Assembly: GCF_964355755.1 (NCBI RefSeq) | Contig: NC_092675.1 | Span: forward strand, 23,966,912-24,030,911 | Source: Antedon mediterranea | Lineage: Eukaryota; Animalia; Echinodermata | Direction: 5' to 3' | Length of the DNA: 64,000 nucleotides | Shown here: piece by piece, positions 52,182 to 64,000 of the stretch | Position numbering within the stretch: position 1 is the stretch's first letter | How the letters are laid out: each line of letters starts with the position of its first letter | The notes under the pieces: generated by a model | Database searches by the model: none | Told to the model about the DNA's origin: nothing | The model's input: only the letters and a program-made list of their open reading frames with translations | Position numbers and translations under genes: made by a program

Positions 52182-54253
52182 ATGTATTTTACTGTGCTCT
52201 TTTCGGCTGTACTCTGTATTGAGCCTGCTTTTGCGAGTTCTCAATTATATACAGTGGTTTCACAACGTTCTCTTCTGGGCTGGAGTTACCAGCTTCTTAA
52301 CATCGATCGTGCTGGATGTTTGTTGGCTTGTTCCAGGAAAGTTTACTGTTGGTCTGTTAACTACAGTAAACAGAATCGTTTGTGTCAAATGAATACAAAT
52401 GTACAAGACAAAGCATCTACAGCAGATTTTCAACAAGATCTTTCATATGAATATATAGAGAAGGTAGGCCTATAGTTACAGAACTATTTAAACTTTACTT
52501 CTTATTAACATCATCATTGAGCGAGCGAGTGGCCGAGCGGTTAAGAAGACAGCGGAACCGTATTTACGTAGCCATAGCATCAGCAAGGGTTCAAGGCTCA
52601 CTCGCTCCATGGTTCTGGTGATGGACCAAATCTTCTCGGATAGGGACTATAAACCGTAGGTCCAGTGTGCACCTCTAGCTCATGTGCACTTTAAAGAACC
52701 TAGTACATCTTTCGAGACGAGTAGGGGGTTACCCCGGTGCACCAGCAACTGGTCATAACTGAGCCCTCTTTGACTGAAGAGGTCACCTAGTATAAATAAA
52801 TAATACAGTACAAACTTCAACAATTATTATAATGAACTCATAGAATTTTAACAGTCTTTTATTGTATAAATTGTATTTCTTATTTAGGTATTGGATGACA
52901 GCTTGAATCACCGTGAGTATAATCAATTTTTCTTTGATAGACTACAAGTTTCAAACATGTTTTGAGTAAGAACTACAGCATGTCCTATAGCTGTTCCTTA
53001 GCCGTTATTCTTATTTTTTACTGCCAAGAAAAACTTTATAACTAAATCCACAAAGTAAATTGGCAGAAAACTAAGTGTGTGTTTTTTTACCAACCAGAAC
53101 AACAGGAAGACAAACGTAGTTGCTGTGCTGTTACACGATCTAAATTTCAATATAGCTTCCGGCCAGAAATTATTTCAAGAGTTGAAAACTAAAAATTATC
53201 TCGAAAATCACTCATAACTCTGTTAATTTAGAAATGCCGCAAGTTTAGATTATTTAATAAAAAACGTTTTTAACTAACCTCTTTTAAGTCACATCGACCA
53301 TAATTGTCTTTTTTTCAGATGATGTTTTTTCTATTTTAACTATTTCTACTTACGAAGTAGCATCCAGTACGTGTACCAATAACTTAGGTTCGCTTGCATC
53401 GTATGAACAACTTTACAACGCGTATCAACCACGTATGGACAACTGTTTCGAAGGATGGCTGATTAGTGGTGAGATAGCCTTCATCGAAATCAGCGGAGAC
53501 AAATGCACATTGAATTCACCAGATCAACGAAGTAATGTTTTCCCAGACAAAACATATGAAAGTGGCTATTATTGTTACAGAGGATATAATCAACTATTAG
53601 GTTTATTTGATTATATTCCGAAAACCCAACGAATTATAAGGCTAACCGGTTTAAATTCAGATAAACTGAACGGCAGTGAAGCTGAGGCAAGATGCAGTGA
53701 CGGTGGTACTGGTGGTCGGCTGGCGACTCCTTTTGAGGTTTTTAACGCATCATACTCACTAGGTGTTGATCTTTGTACAGATGGCTGGTTCTTGAGAGGA
53801 TTGGCGGGAAATCCTTGCTCGGGGAATACTCCATCGACATTTTGGCTTTATCCAACTGGTAACTTCATTTGGTTACAAGATCCATCAACAGAATGGTTTG
53901 CAATGTGTTATATTCCTTTACCAAACCATAGTATCACGTATCAAGATCCATTTCCCTCTCATCGTGTGATGTACGTACGCGGAATTGAAAGATACCAGCT
54001 TACGTACCAGGATGCTAAGGATAGATGCTCTGGTTACACTGATGGAGCACTGGCAACAAGTGAACAAGTAGAGGCGTCACAATTAGCTGGTTATGATTGC
54101 TGTAACTATGGCTGGGTTGATCAAGGAACAAGGGTCATGTATCCTGTAACGCATTATATAGCACATGAGTGCGATATTAATAATGCGCGGTCAGCGGGTG
54201 CTAATTCTAAATACGACGGGTTTTGTTACATTGCTGCCCCTACCCGGAAATAA
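52182..54253 (+). CDS. Secreted PAN/apple + three Link (Xlink) module protein, 413 aa
   Basis: Exons 52182-52463, 52888-52912, 53319-54253 (1242 nt in frame). Signal peptide; CLLAC...CWSVNY...CQMN; three A..C....LA[ST]...C..GW...CY Link motifs. Confidence 0.82.
52519..52803 (+). mobile_element. tRNA-derived SINE (intronic copy)
   Basis: Homologous to 48827-49145 with internal deletions. Confidence 0.85.
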
Positions 54254-54675
54254 CTTATTCAGAAACTGGTAATACTTGGGTTAAATAAGCATTAGTTATT
54301 TGTATCCAAGGACGCGTGCTCCCGCATTTGACATTCTCGAATGAATAGCTAATTAAGAATAAATTAAATAAAATATTTTAAAAGTTGTTTTATAAAATCG
54401 TTATAAACTTTGTCAGCATAATTCATGTTTATATCACTAATATTATAAAGAAATAAAAAATGTACATTTTCAGTAATTATTTAACTTTGAACATTTATAT
54501 CTCAATATCTTATGTCTATATCCGAACCTTTGTTTAAAAAAGTTAAAATGTTATAAATATTTGACTTTCATAAACTTAAAGTTACTTCTTTTATGGTTGA
54601 ATATGTTACTGGTTTACTACCAAAGTCTGTTTCAATGTTATTTTCAAATCGTTTATTAGATCATACCTATAACAT

Positions 54676-54995
54676 GAGTGAGTGAGTGGCCGAGCGGTTA
54701 AGACAGTGGAACCGTAATTACGTAGCCATAATATCGGCAGGGGTTCGAGGCTCACTCACTCCATGGTTCTGGTGGTAGAACGAGTCTTCTCGGATAAGGA
54801 CTATAAACCGTAGGTCCAGTGTACACATCTAGCTCGTGTGCACTTTAAAGAACCTAGTACATCTTTCGAGACGAGTAGGGGGTTACCCATGTGTATTAGT
54901 ACATCACAGCCACTGATCACCAACTGGGCCCTCTGGGAGACCAGTCTTTGACTGAAGAGGTTACCCAGTAAATATAAATGTCAATCAATTAATCA
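54676..54995 (+). mobile_element. tRNA-derived SINE, near full length
   Basis: A and B boxes, Deu-like core, (TCAA)n-like tail. Confidence 0.87.
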
Positions 54996-55161
54996 ACATA
55001 AGAAATCCACATAAATTGTATGTTCCGTTTGTTAAACTTAGAAAAAGCCAGTTTTTTATTACTTATTTAGGACCAACGTATTGGAATAATCTAATAATAA
55101 TACAACTACCATAAATCATTTATATACTGTAAATTCATTTAGAAAGAATATAAAAACCCTT

Positions 55162-55829
55162 TATTTACCTCCGCCAAGGAGGTACATGTAATCGGTAGCG
55201 TGTGTTTGTTTGTTTGTTAGCAGGATAACTCAAAAAGTAATTACAAGATCTTTACCAATGAATATACAGATAGATATGTGGTCAAGGACCATTCCATTAC
55301 ATTTATTGGGACCATGGTCCCAATTTTGGACCACTTTTTATTAGTATACTTTTCAGACCTGCTAGTGTTAAAAAAGATAAAACAGAATTTGTCAAAAGCC
55401 GGCGAGAAGTCTTAAAGTAACAAGTAAACTGAAATTGCATTTTCTCGAGAACTACTACTTGTCCAAAAAACTTTTTTTGTACAAGAGGCAAAAGTTATAA
55501 TTTGTGATTTGTAATTTTAAAACATAATTTGATTTAATGTGCACGTTTTTTGATGCGAGTAGTTTAAAAACCCTATTTCTTTTCAAATTCACTCGTTTGA
55601 TTTTCGCGTTGCTGTTCTATTGTTAGTCAACTGAAGCTATCGTTAATTGAAAGGCTTGTTATATAACCATTACACCAAACTCGCATACACATGCTTGTAG
55701 TGAAATTAGCCTAAATCACAAACAGATTAAGACACACACAAATATATATATATTTTTTTACCGGAGAATTCTTATGTAGGAGAATTTTACAGAGGCGGAG
55801 GTATGCACTCTCGGAGTGTCTTTCTAGTT
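55162..55829 (+). mobile_element. Helentron-associated non-autonomous element (HINE/DINE-1-like)
   Basis: Subterminal inverted repeats ACCTCCGCC / GGCGGAGGT, (GTTT)n, 3' stem-loop CACTC-TCG-GAGTG, T-rich ends. Confidence 0.7.
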
Positions 55830-56700
55830 TATCTTGTTACCAAACCTACTAATTAATGTGTACGGTACTGTTCTTATTTAGTTTTATTATTATTTTAGGG
55901 GTCATTGTGAGACAAATTTTACTTTTAATTTTGATCCCTAAGATGGTTTTATATAAATTGTTGATTATTGTTTATTGAATTATTGTTTGTAATGACCATC
56001 TTAAATAAATGTTTATTGAAACTTGATATACCGTACTAATGAAATGTATTAACGTATTCGGAAACTATTTTATTTGAGATACGCGAGAGACAAGTTGAAA
56101 ATCATAAAGTTTACATAACATTGCCGTATTTTTAAAATTCATACAATAGGTATAGTATTAGAAGAACAAAATACGCCTTTTTTTAAAGTACAGTCCATCA
56201 TTAAGTAGATTAGTGATTAGTTGAACAGTCTACCTTATTACAATTTGTCAATATAATTAATGTTATAAGAAATGAAAACAAATTGTTAATAACAATATTT
56301 ATACAATTTAGAAAATTACTCACTTTTATTATTGTCATACAGTATGGTTGTTTATATAATAACTTTTTAAAGATATATCATAAGTGTATTAGTGATTAAG
56401 TTAAATTAAGTATTTAGATCAATGGAAATGAAATGAAATATAAAGAAAAGAAAAAGGACTCTTTTATTACTATCTTATTGTTGTTTATACCATAATCATA
56501 AATAAGTAATTAGCAAACTTACACACAGAGAATTTATATCTCAACAACGATGAGCAATGTTTATTACCTCTATACCTAATGTACGGTATACATTAATATT
56601 TTATTTGCATATGGCATACCCAGCACAAGATATCCACATCTTCTCGGGATTATGCCTTCCTCCATAGCCTATATATATACGGTAGGTCTTTGCCTGATTT

Positions 56701-56703
<3 letters not shown>

Positions 56704-56751
<48 letters not shown>
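56704..56751. repeat. (TA)n microsatellite; partner tract at 57610-57636
   Basis: Direct reading. Confidence 0.95.
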
Positions 56752-56757
<6 letters not shown>

Positions 56758-57609
56758 ATAACAGCAGAAAACTTGGTTACTTCATTGTTTTAATCACTAC
56801 AAATTTGTTTCGTACGACCAGCATGTAGCTGGCCGCACTCTTCAGGTGAAATATAAAACATAAGTGACACAGTTGTCTCATAGTGCTTAATAGAAGTGAG
56901 TCATCGGGAAGTCGTATACAATAGCCTATTGTTTTAGATAAACTGTTTGGATCTGCAATTTAGTAAGAATTTTTTCCTACGTCTACAAGTAGAGACTAAC
57001 TCGTTCTTACGGTTCAGTGAGCATAGCTCTGGTTGACATATAATAACATACTTTTCATATATACATAAATTACATCTTTTGTTAATATTTGAGTAAGGTT
57101 TGCATTTCTTTATAATTTTCCATTTAATTGAGTAATTTGTTTTAGAGTCTTTAGGCCTAAGTGTCCATATATATTTACTGAGTTCCGTTGCATTTCTTAG
57201 TTTTTCGTTCCGGAATGAAGACGTATGGTTTCTGTATCTAGTTTTAAACTGGTTTTCAGTTAGTCCGACATATGTTTCTTCTTTTGATGAATCTTCTCTC
57301 TTTACTGTAGCTTGGTAAACTACACCTTTTGTTAGGCAGTTACCTGGGAGCGGGCATTCATTGGGATTGCGGCAGTTACATCCGCTTGTTTTCGCGTTGG
57401 TTTCAGTAGACTTTTCTTTGGCTATCACATATTTGTTGTGTGCGTTAATTACTTTGTCTACGCTGGGCATGCAACTATAGCTTAGTTTCAAGGTATTTTT
57501 GTTAAATATTTTTCTGAGCTTGTTGCCGGCAGGAAAACAATCTTCTACCTCTAATGCTCTACCTTGGTATTGAGCACTCTATCCAAACGGTCTGAAAATT
57601 TTAACCTGA
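56752..57609 (-). mobile_element. 5'-truncated Penelope-like retroelement (GIY-YIG endonuclease end, probably Neptune-type)
   Basis: ORF 57491-56934: KLSYSCMP, CNCR..CPL.G.CL, VVYQA...YVGLT...FKTRY.NH, CNLC..EK, LNRKNE. No RT domain retained. Confidence 0.88.
56786..56860 (-). ncRNA. Type I hammerhead ribozyme
   Basis: Minus strand: UCAC-CUGAAGA-GUGCGGCCAGC-UACAU-GCUGGUCGUAC-GAAA-CAAAUUUG-UA-GUGA. Complete core, 11-bp stem II, palindromic stem III, GUA cleavage triplet. Confidence 0.88.
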
Positions 57610-58478
57610 ATATATATATATATATATGTATATATAATTCTCTTTTCTTTTGTCCATCCAACAATCATCATAATCCTTTTTTTTTGTCTTGTGTGAGTTC
57701 ATCTCACGTTTATTTAAATTCTCATTGGTGAATATATTATATACATATAAGTACATTTGTGACAATTAAAAGTAAGTGTTTAAAGTAGTTAAAATAGGCC
57801 TACAGGTATATTTACATAATAAGATGCTTGAATTCAGTATTAACCATATTTGTTTTCATTTAAAATTTTAGTTACGATGTTAATTAAAATGTAAAAATGA
57901 GAAATGGCGGTAAAATACATGGTTCAAATGTTTTTGTTAAACTATCTTATTTGTGATCTTATTTGTGTTCGATAGAGAGGCTATAAACTCAGAGGAGGAA
58001 AATGTAGTATCCTCCCTTTTCACCAAATAAAAAGGATGAAATGAAAAAAGAGGAATGCAAAAGTTTGAAAGTTAGATATTTAGAATGATAGCGTGCAATG
58101 ATATAATATTTAATTTTAATCTTAAAGCTCTCTGTGCTTATTTGAGTTTCTCCGGGTACAAGGGATTAACTATTAATTTGATTCATATTTTGTCAACATA
58201 TTTTGAATTTTGCTTTGTGTAAATAAATAAATGAATGAATCTTAATTTTTTTACCTTATCATTTCTGTATACTATTTTGTATTGTTACTGCTATGGAGGA
58301 AAATAAATGTCTTTTGAAATGAAATGAAAAATTGAAGTAAGCTGGGCCTATTCTATATTTGAAAACCTTTAAGAGACAGAAGGCAGTTCCTTAATTACGT
58401 TATTCTTATTTTTCTTTATTACCATGAAGAACATACAGACCTTACCTAAAAAAATTCACGAAGTAAATGGCAAGCTAA

Positions 58479-58974
58479 AGATGTTTTGTCCCTTTGACTA
58501 ATTCAAAAAAAAATAAAAAATAAAAGATTTCGAAAAAAGTTGGTCATTTTTAAGGATTTAAATAGTTATTAACTTTCACCAAAAATCATTTAACTGAAAT
58601 ACAGACGTTTTTTGTTCAAAAATTAACACATATCTCATAATGCAACGCACTTGTTTTGCTACTCTGTGTGCATAATCATAAAACTTCCTCACGATCTGTA
58701 CACCTTCTCAACCGTGACGAGTTGTAAACAATCCTAATTAGCATCATGCATAATGCATACTCGTGGTTTAAAATCTTAGTTTACTTTCGCTCTCGACGAT
58801 TTTCCAGACGATCAAATCAATCAAATTTATTTTACCTGTTAATTACATAAACTTGTTGTTTCTGGCTCAAATTTTCGACTTATGGTGAATAACTTTAATA
58901 ATACTTTAATATGGAAAATTTAAATTTAGAATATTTTGACCTTCATTTTTTGTGTTTCAAGGGGAAATACATCT
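58479..58974. mobile_element. Kolobok-like MITE, diverged copy
   Basis: Colinear with 50780-51318; degenerate TIRs, TTAA on the right. Confidence 0.75.
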
Positions 58975-60022
58975 TTAAAGTAACTTACCCAGTAGCATGA
59001 AGACAAACAATATATATAGACCTAATCAAATTTAAATAAACGTAAGTTCATTTATAAGGTTAACATTTAAAGTACGTTACGATTCACAAGACGATTACTC
59101 AACATTTTGATACAGCGTGTCTGTCTAAACAACGAAGTCTATAAAATGTATTGTCCTCCAAAACACGAAACATTAGCATGAATAAAATAACATTTTGTAG
59201 ATAATAACGTTATTCACCTTTGCTGAAAAAACGCAAAACATTATTGATTTTGCTTATAAAAAATCTTTTTTGTAATCTCCTGCAGTCGAGAGACGTGTTT
59301 TTTCCGGAGCTCGGTACCCGATATTTTTAAATTGTTTGACACGCCAACCGGCTTAAATGACTGTTTGATGTTAACTTTCTTTTCCTTTTGTTACTGATTG
59401 TAGAAAAATTAAAAGCAGTCAAACACATCGATAATACATACTTTTGTCAGGAGCCAGCAATGATGTTTTTGAATGAATTAAAAAAATTTCCGATTATTAA
59501 GGAAACACGTAACAGTTTACTTGGGGGTTTTTTTTGCCATGATTTTAATGGATTTTTCCTTCTATTATGGTAATTATTGATTTACATTAGCATGTTGTGG
59601 AATGATATTGGCTACCGTAGCTCTCTTGGATGGAGATGATGCCAGAATAACCATGTGTTGAACTGTGTATCCAATAAGGAGTCCAATCAGGGAGATTGTG
59701 GGCTCAGGATAAGTAAACCATTATGTTTTCAATCTCGGTAAGTACAGGCCTAATACGATTTGCCTTCGATAAGATGGTATCTAATAACGAATGAATGAAT
59801 TATGAATCTTCATAATTAAATTACTGTCTTTTCCAATAAAAATGTTTGCGCGTACGTAAGTACGCTCTCAAAAAGAATAATATAAGAAGAAGAAGAACAA
59901 GCGTAGAACGCCGTTAAACTCGCGTTATGTTTTTGCGTCGAGCAGCAAGTTTTGAAGTTGAACGTTGTAGGCCTATAGTTATTTGTCCACCACGCCTAAT
60001 ATCCTAATATTGAACAAGAATC

Positions 60023-63000
60023 ATGGTTAATTGTAGTCGTATACTGCTAATATTCGTTAATCTTATCATTCTGGTGAGTTTAAAATTTTACTTTAAAGTT
60101 AAATTGTTTTAAACTGTGCTGGATGCATCTGTGCATCGTGTGGCCCCAGCCCAGCAGTCAGTTATCAGTATATTGATTTAATAGTCCTACTTTGCAGACT
60201 TTGGGTACGTAATATCCGCTCTTTCGTTAACAGTTTCAAGAAAAGATTAGATCAAAGTGGGGTTATGTAGCCTACCTAGGGCCTAGGCTAGGCATAAATA
60301 GGCTAGGCCTTAGGCTAGGCCTAGGTCTGACCATTTGCCATTACTATCAAATAAGTATACCTAGGCCTAATAATAGACAAAGGCTTACCTTTTATTATAC
60401 GGAATTAGTGATTAACTTTATTAAACTAGAAAATGACCCATTCAAAGTCTGATTTTACTGACAATACATCTTTAACTGTTGAAAGGGATATCCAAGTCTA
60501 TATAACACGCTCAGTCTCAGATATATTATTATTGTATTAATTAAATTACAGATAATTGGGATATGTGCAATTGGCATGTCTTGGTATGTTTTATCTCACT
60601 CGACTAATTTACCAGCTGAGTTACAGTTTCTACAAGGAGCAAAGGTATTGGAATGAATAGTCGTTTATATCATGTTTATGTTAATATACGTATTCATAGA
60701 CATAACTGGACCTTTTATTTACTACAGTTTTATATATGTGCTCTAGCCAAAGATCCGGTAAGCCTAATTTAGGCTTACCTTTAAACTATGGTGGTTCAGA
60801 TACTTTGCCGATTGCATCAATGCATTACTTTAAATAAAACATTGTCGTTCGTCGCGATGTATTTCTGCTGATGATGTTACCCCGAAATGCCGGTGAAGTC
60901 TACTGTCGTGATTGGATAATAGTCATCATTCATCCCAGACAAATCAGAACCAGTTTTAAACCATGGACACCGACCGATGATATCTGAACATTGCCGATTT
61001 GACTGAGACGGAGGTCCCGATTTCGTCGGTTACTTCTGCCTCCAATTTTATTAGAACTTAAATTTAACATTTTCATTATTCTGGCCTATATTATTATTAT
61101 AATATTTTAATGATGGTCTTCGATTAGGCCTTAACGTGTTTTTTTTTATAGAAATAAGGTTCCGACATACTGTACAGTTTCAGAAGGGGCTCTTCATGGT
61201 GCCTACGCGCATGCGAAAACTAATTTGATAATATATAGCCGTAACCGTACTATATACATTTTGACAATTCTGTTACCTCTTTTGTCAGATTGTTACATTT
61301 GCTGGCTTAGTATTAGGAGCATTTTTGTTTGTAATTGGTGAGTCGTCATTTTTTTTCATGATATTTATTAAATTAATTGTACTGTAATAATACAGTTCAT
61401 GCTTTTTCAATATGCTTATAGCTATCTAGGCCTAAATGCTTTGCACGACTGTGGATCATGATCAATTATAAACAACAACAAATAGATAACAATGACAATT
61501 TCAAATTATTTTACATTTATGCGTTCGATTTTTTGAAAAGTTATTTTTATTCTTGTCTGAACACAATCGCATGATAATATATACACGCAGTTGTGGTGTG
61601 TCGATTGTATTGCTGAGAATACTACGGTAATATGCCTATAGTTTATTATGTTTAGATTCAACCTGTTAGTGGCGGTTTCATCGCTGTTTGTTGATAACTG
61701 AATAAAATAAAAAAAATAATAAATAAAAATATTATAGAGGTTAACGGATGATAGCCACTGACACATTTGTTAATATTTAGTTTTTTATATTGCCGCAATT
61801 GATTTGACCTAATAGCAAAGATAGCCTACTAAAAATTAGTACTGATTTAATTTTGTTTTTAATGATCAACGAAGGCCTTACTGGTGGATTTGGAGCTGCT
61901 GTACAGAATGTTACTCTGTTAAAAACAGTAAGTATGTCCTGTTTAGTCTACAAAAAAGTGTTTATTATTAGATGATTACGAGAACAAAACCCCGGCTATC
62001 AAAACATGTGAATTAGTCATATAAATTTCATAATTTCCAAGTTACTCTCAACAAGTAGGCTTACCTCTCTCGATCCGCCTCTGGTTCGTGTTTAGGGCCT
62101 AATACATTTTAATTCTTTTTACTATTTTTTTCCAGTACATATTCATACTCTCACTTGTAGTGACATTGCAGTTGGCAGTAGGGATCTATATCGCCGTGAT
62201 GAACGAAGAGGTAATCAGATTCACTATGTCGGTCGGTTGGTCGGTCGTTTGATCGTAAACAATAACTAGAGCACGCGAGTATATGACCTTGTTTTTATTG
62301 TATATACATTTAGATAAGTCAGAATAGCCTAAGCATTGGAACGTCAAGAAATCTTCACTGTTTTCCAGCACTGGTTTTTATTGCTTGTAAGGGGTGGAAT
62401 TTCTTCAGCTCCATTAAGCAAAATTAAAACAAAATAATGCACGATCTTATTTTCAGAAAGTTCTTCTGGAAGTCTGGAAGAAAATGGATGAAGTCAGTAT
62501 AGATGTGGTTCAATCACAGGTATTCAATTTCTATTTAAATTCTTATTTTACAGAATTTTGTAAGGACAATACATTGCGGTTTGTCTCCAAAGAAAGCTGT
62601 AACTTCTGATCAACCATACACCGATACCAATTAATGATAAACCATAATTATAAAAATATACCAGAAATGATCTAGGCCTACCTTTTTAACATTGATGATG
62701 TGTAATAAACAATCAAGAAAAGTTAAACAAATATTTACTTTTGTTTTTGAAAATCTGCATGTAGGGCCTATTATTTTTAAATCGTTTCCTAAACTAAATA
62801 ACTTATTGTGTTCAGATGAACTGCTGCGGATTCAATAGTACATCAGAATATTCACCAGGATCTGTTCCAGACTCCTGCATCGACCCGGATTCTGAACAAC
62901 TGTATGACGTAAGTAAACAACTGCACGGCACTGTAATCTCTGTCCACACCCACTCTTGTTAGAAGAGAGTTAGAATCCGAGTTACAACCTCCGTAAGTAC

Positions 63001-63850
63001 GTGTGTGTCGTTGTTAACCCGATATAAAACCGATAGGTTTCATAATGTATTGAAGAGCGGTAAATAACTTCCACAACTCAACAATTGTGAACTAAACTAA
63101 ACAAACTGTACTGTTTTCTAATGAGGTTTCACTAAATTTCTAAAATGATGGGAAAATTAGATGAAATTAGGGCTGAAAGATACGATTTTTGAGCGCAATA
63201 AATAAATTACGTTCCTGCAAATAGTATCTCTATCTCTCTCAATCTCTACACAATAAAATCAAGGAAAAAAACTTGTGTAAAAAAAATTCACTCTCAACAT
63301 TCCTCTGATAGTATTATTTTTCACCCGGTCCCTTTTATACATGCGATATACAGGAAAGGAATAACATTCTTTGTAGACATTTTAGAAGTTTCTGTGTACT
63401 GTGTGATGCAAAATTGTAGGAGACTAACTTTTTTTTAACTTTTAGGTATCGTGTTACACACGACTTTGGGACCTCATTAATGATAATCTACTAACCTCTA
63501 GCATAGCAGTATCGGTTGTGTTTCTTATTGAGGTAGGCCTAAATATAATAATAATTGTATACTGAATAATATTATTCTATAACCGAATTGGCGGGGGCGT
63601 TAACATTTTAAAGATGAACAAAACATTTAAAGCTCTGTCTACACACACTAAACTTTATGTGACAAAGCATGTGATGTGCCCATATATGGACATCTATTGT
63701 AGCTTAAGAATTGAACAATTTTCCTCAATCGATATCGATTGAAAATGACTTATTTAACAATATTGTTTTCAACAGGTTTTTGCGATTTTGTTTGCGGGAA
63801 GAAATGTAAAACATATCAAAAATCGAATATCTTATACCAAAGGTGATTGA
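60023..63850 (+). CDS. Tetraspanin, 212 aa, 9 coding exons
   Basis: Exons 60023-60073, 60552-60644, 61289-61337, 61875-61927, 62136-62210, 62457-62519, 62816-62908, 63446-63532, 63776-63850 (639 nt in frame). Four TM segments; CCG, PDSC and a distal C in the large loop. Confidence 0.88.
63632..63705. mobile_element. Truncated Harbinger-like MITE in tetraspanin intron
   Basis: AGCTCTGTCTACAC...GTGATGTGCCCATATATGGACA shared with 2778-2919. Confidence 0.55.
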
Positions 63851-64000
63851 TATATAATGATTATTAACTTACTGTATAGTGTTGTAACAGAGAACAAATC
63901 GAATAACTTATAAATAGATTAGTCAAAAATGTTGGTAACGCAATTTCTTGGTACACACCTTTAAGCTTTATGTTATAATCCACTGTAAACATATTTCTGA

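Noticed and set aside
57900-59810. LINE/SINE 3' remnants suggested by (GAAT)n tails near 58230 and 59790
   Set aside because: No coding motif or second copy in the window to support a call.
60868-60900. Second hammerhead (CTGATGA...GAAA)
   Set aside because: Stem II does not pair and no stem III with a cleavage triplet can be formed.

Overview
AT-rich, intron-containing animal genomic DNA, probably an invertebrate deuterostome (inferred from Deu-domain-like SINEs and Link modules); nothing prokaryotic. Positions 1-43773 are a head-to-tail tandem amplification with a period of about 16.3 kb and junctions at ~8859 and ~25162. Each unit holds a 16 x 106-bp hairpin satellite, an MS4A/CD20-like gene and a PIF/Harbinger-type locus (DDE transposase facing a MADF gene plus a decayed MADF duplicate). 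Only the last unit has an open transposase (422 aa) and MADF (300 aa) ORF. In the two earlier units the transposase is frameshifted and both MADF copies carry deletions, while MS4A stays intact. Downstream single-copy DNA encodes a TMEM244-like protein, a secreted PAN + 3x Link protein and a tetraspanin. It also holds tRNA-derived SINEs, TTAA-flanked MITEs, HINE-like elements and a Penelope-like fragment with an intact type I hammerhead ribozyme. Copy-to-copy comparison exposes a Helitron filled/empty site pair and many TA>TACAGTA/TACTGTA/TAGGCCTA micro-insertions; P-element-type palindromic scars are present in all copies. All gene models were spliced by eye; no database searches were run.
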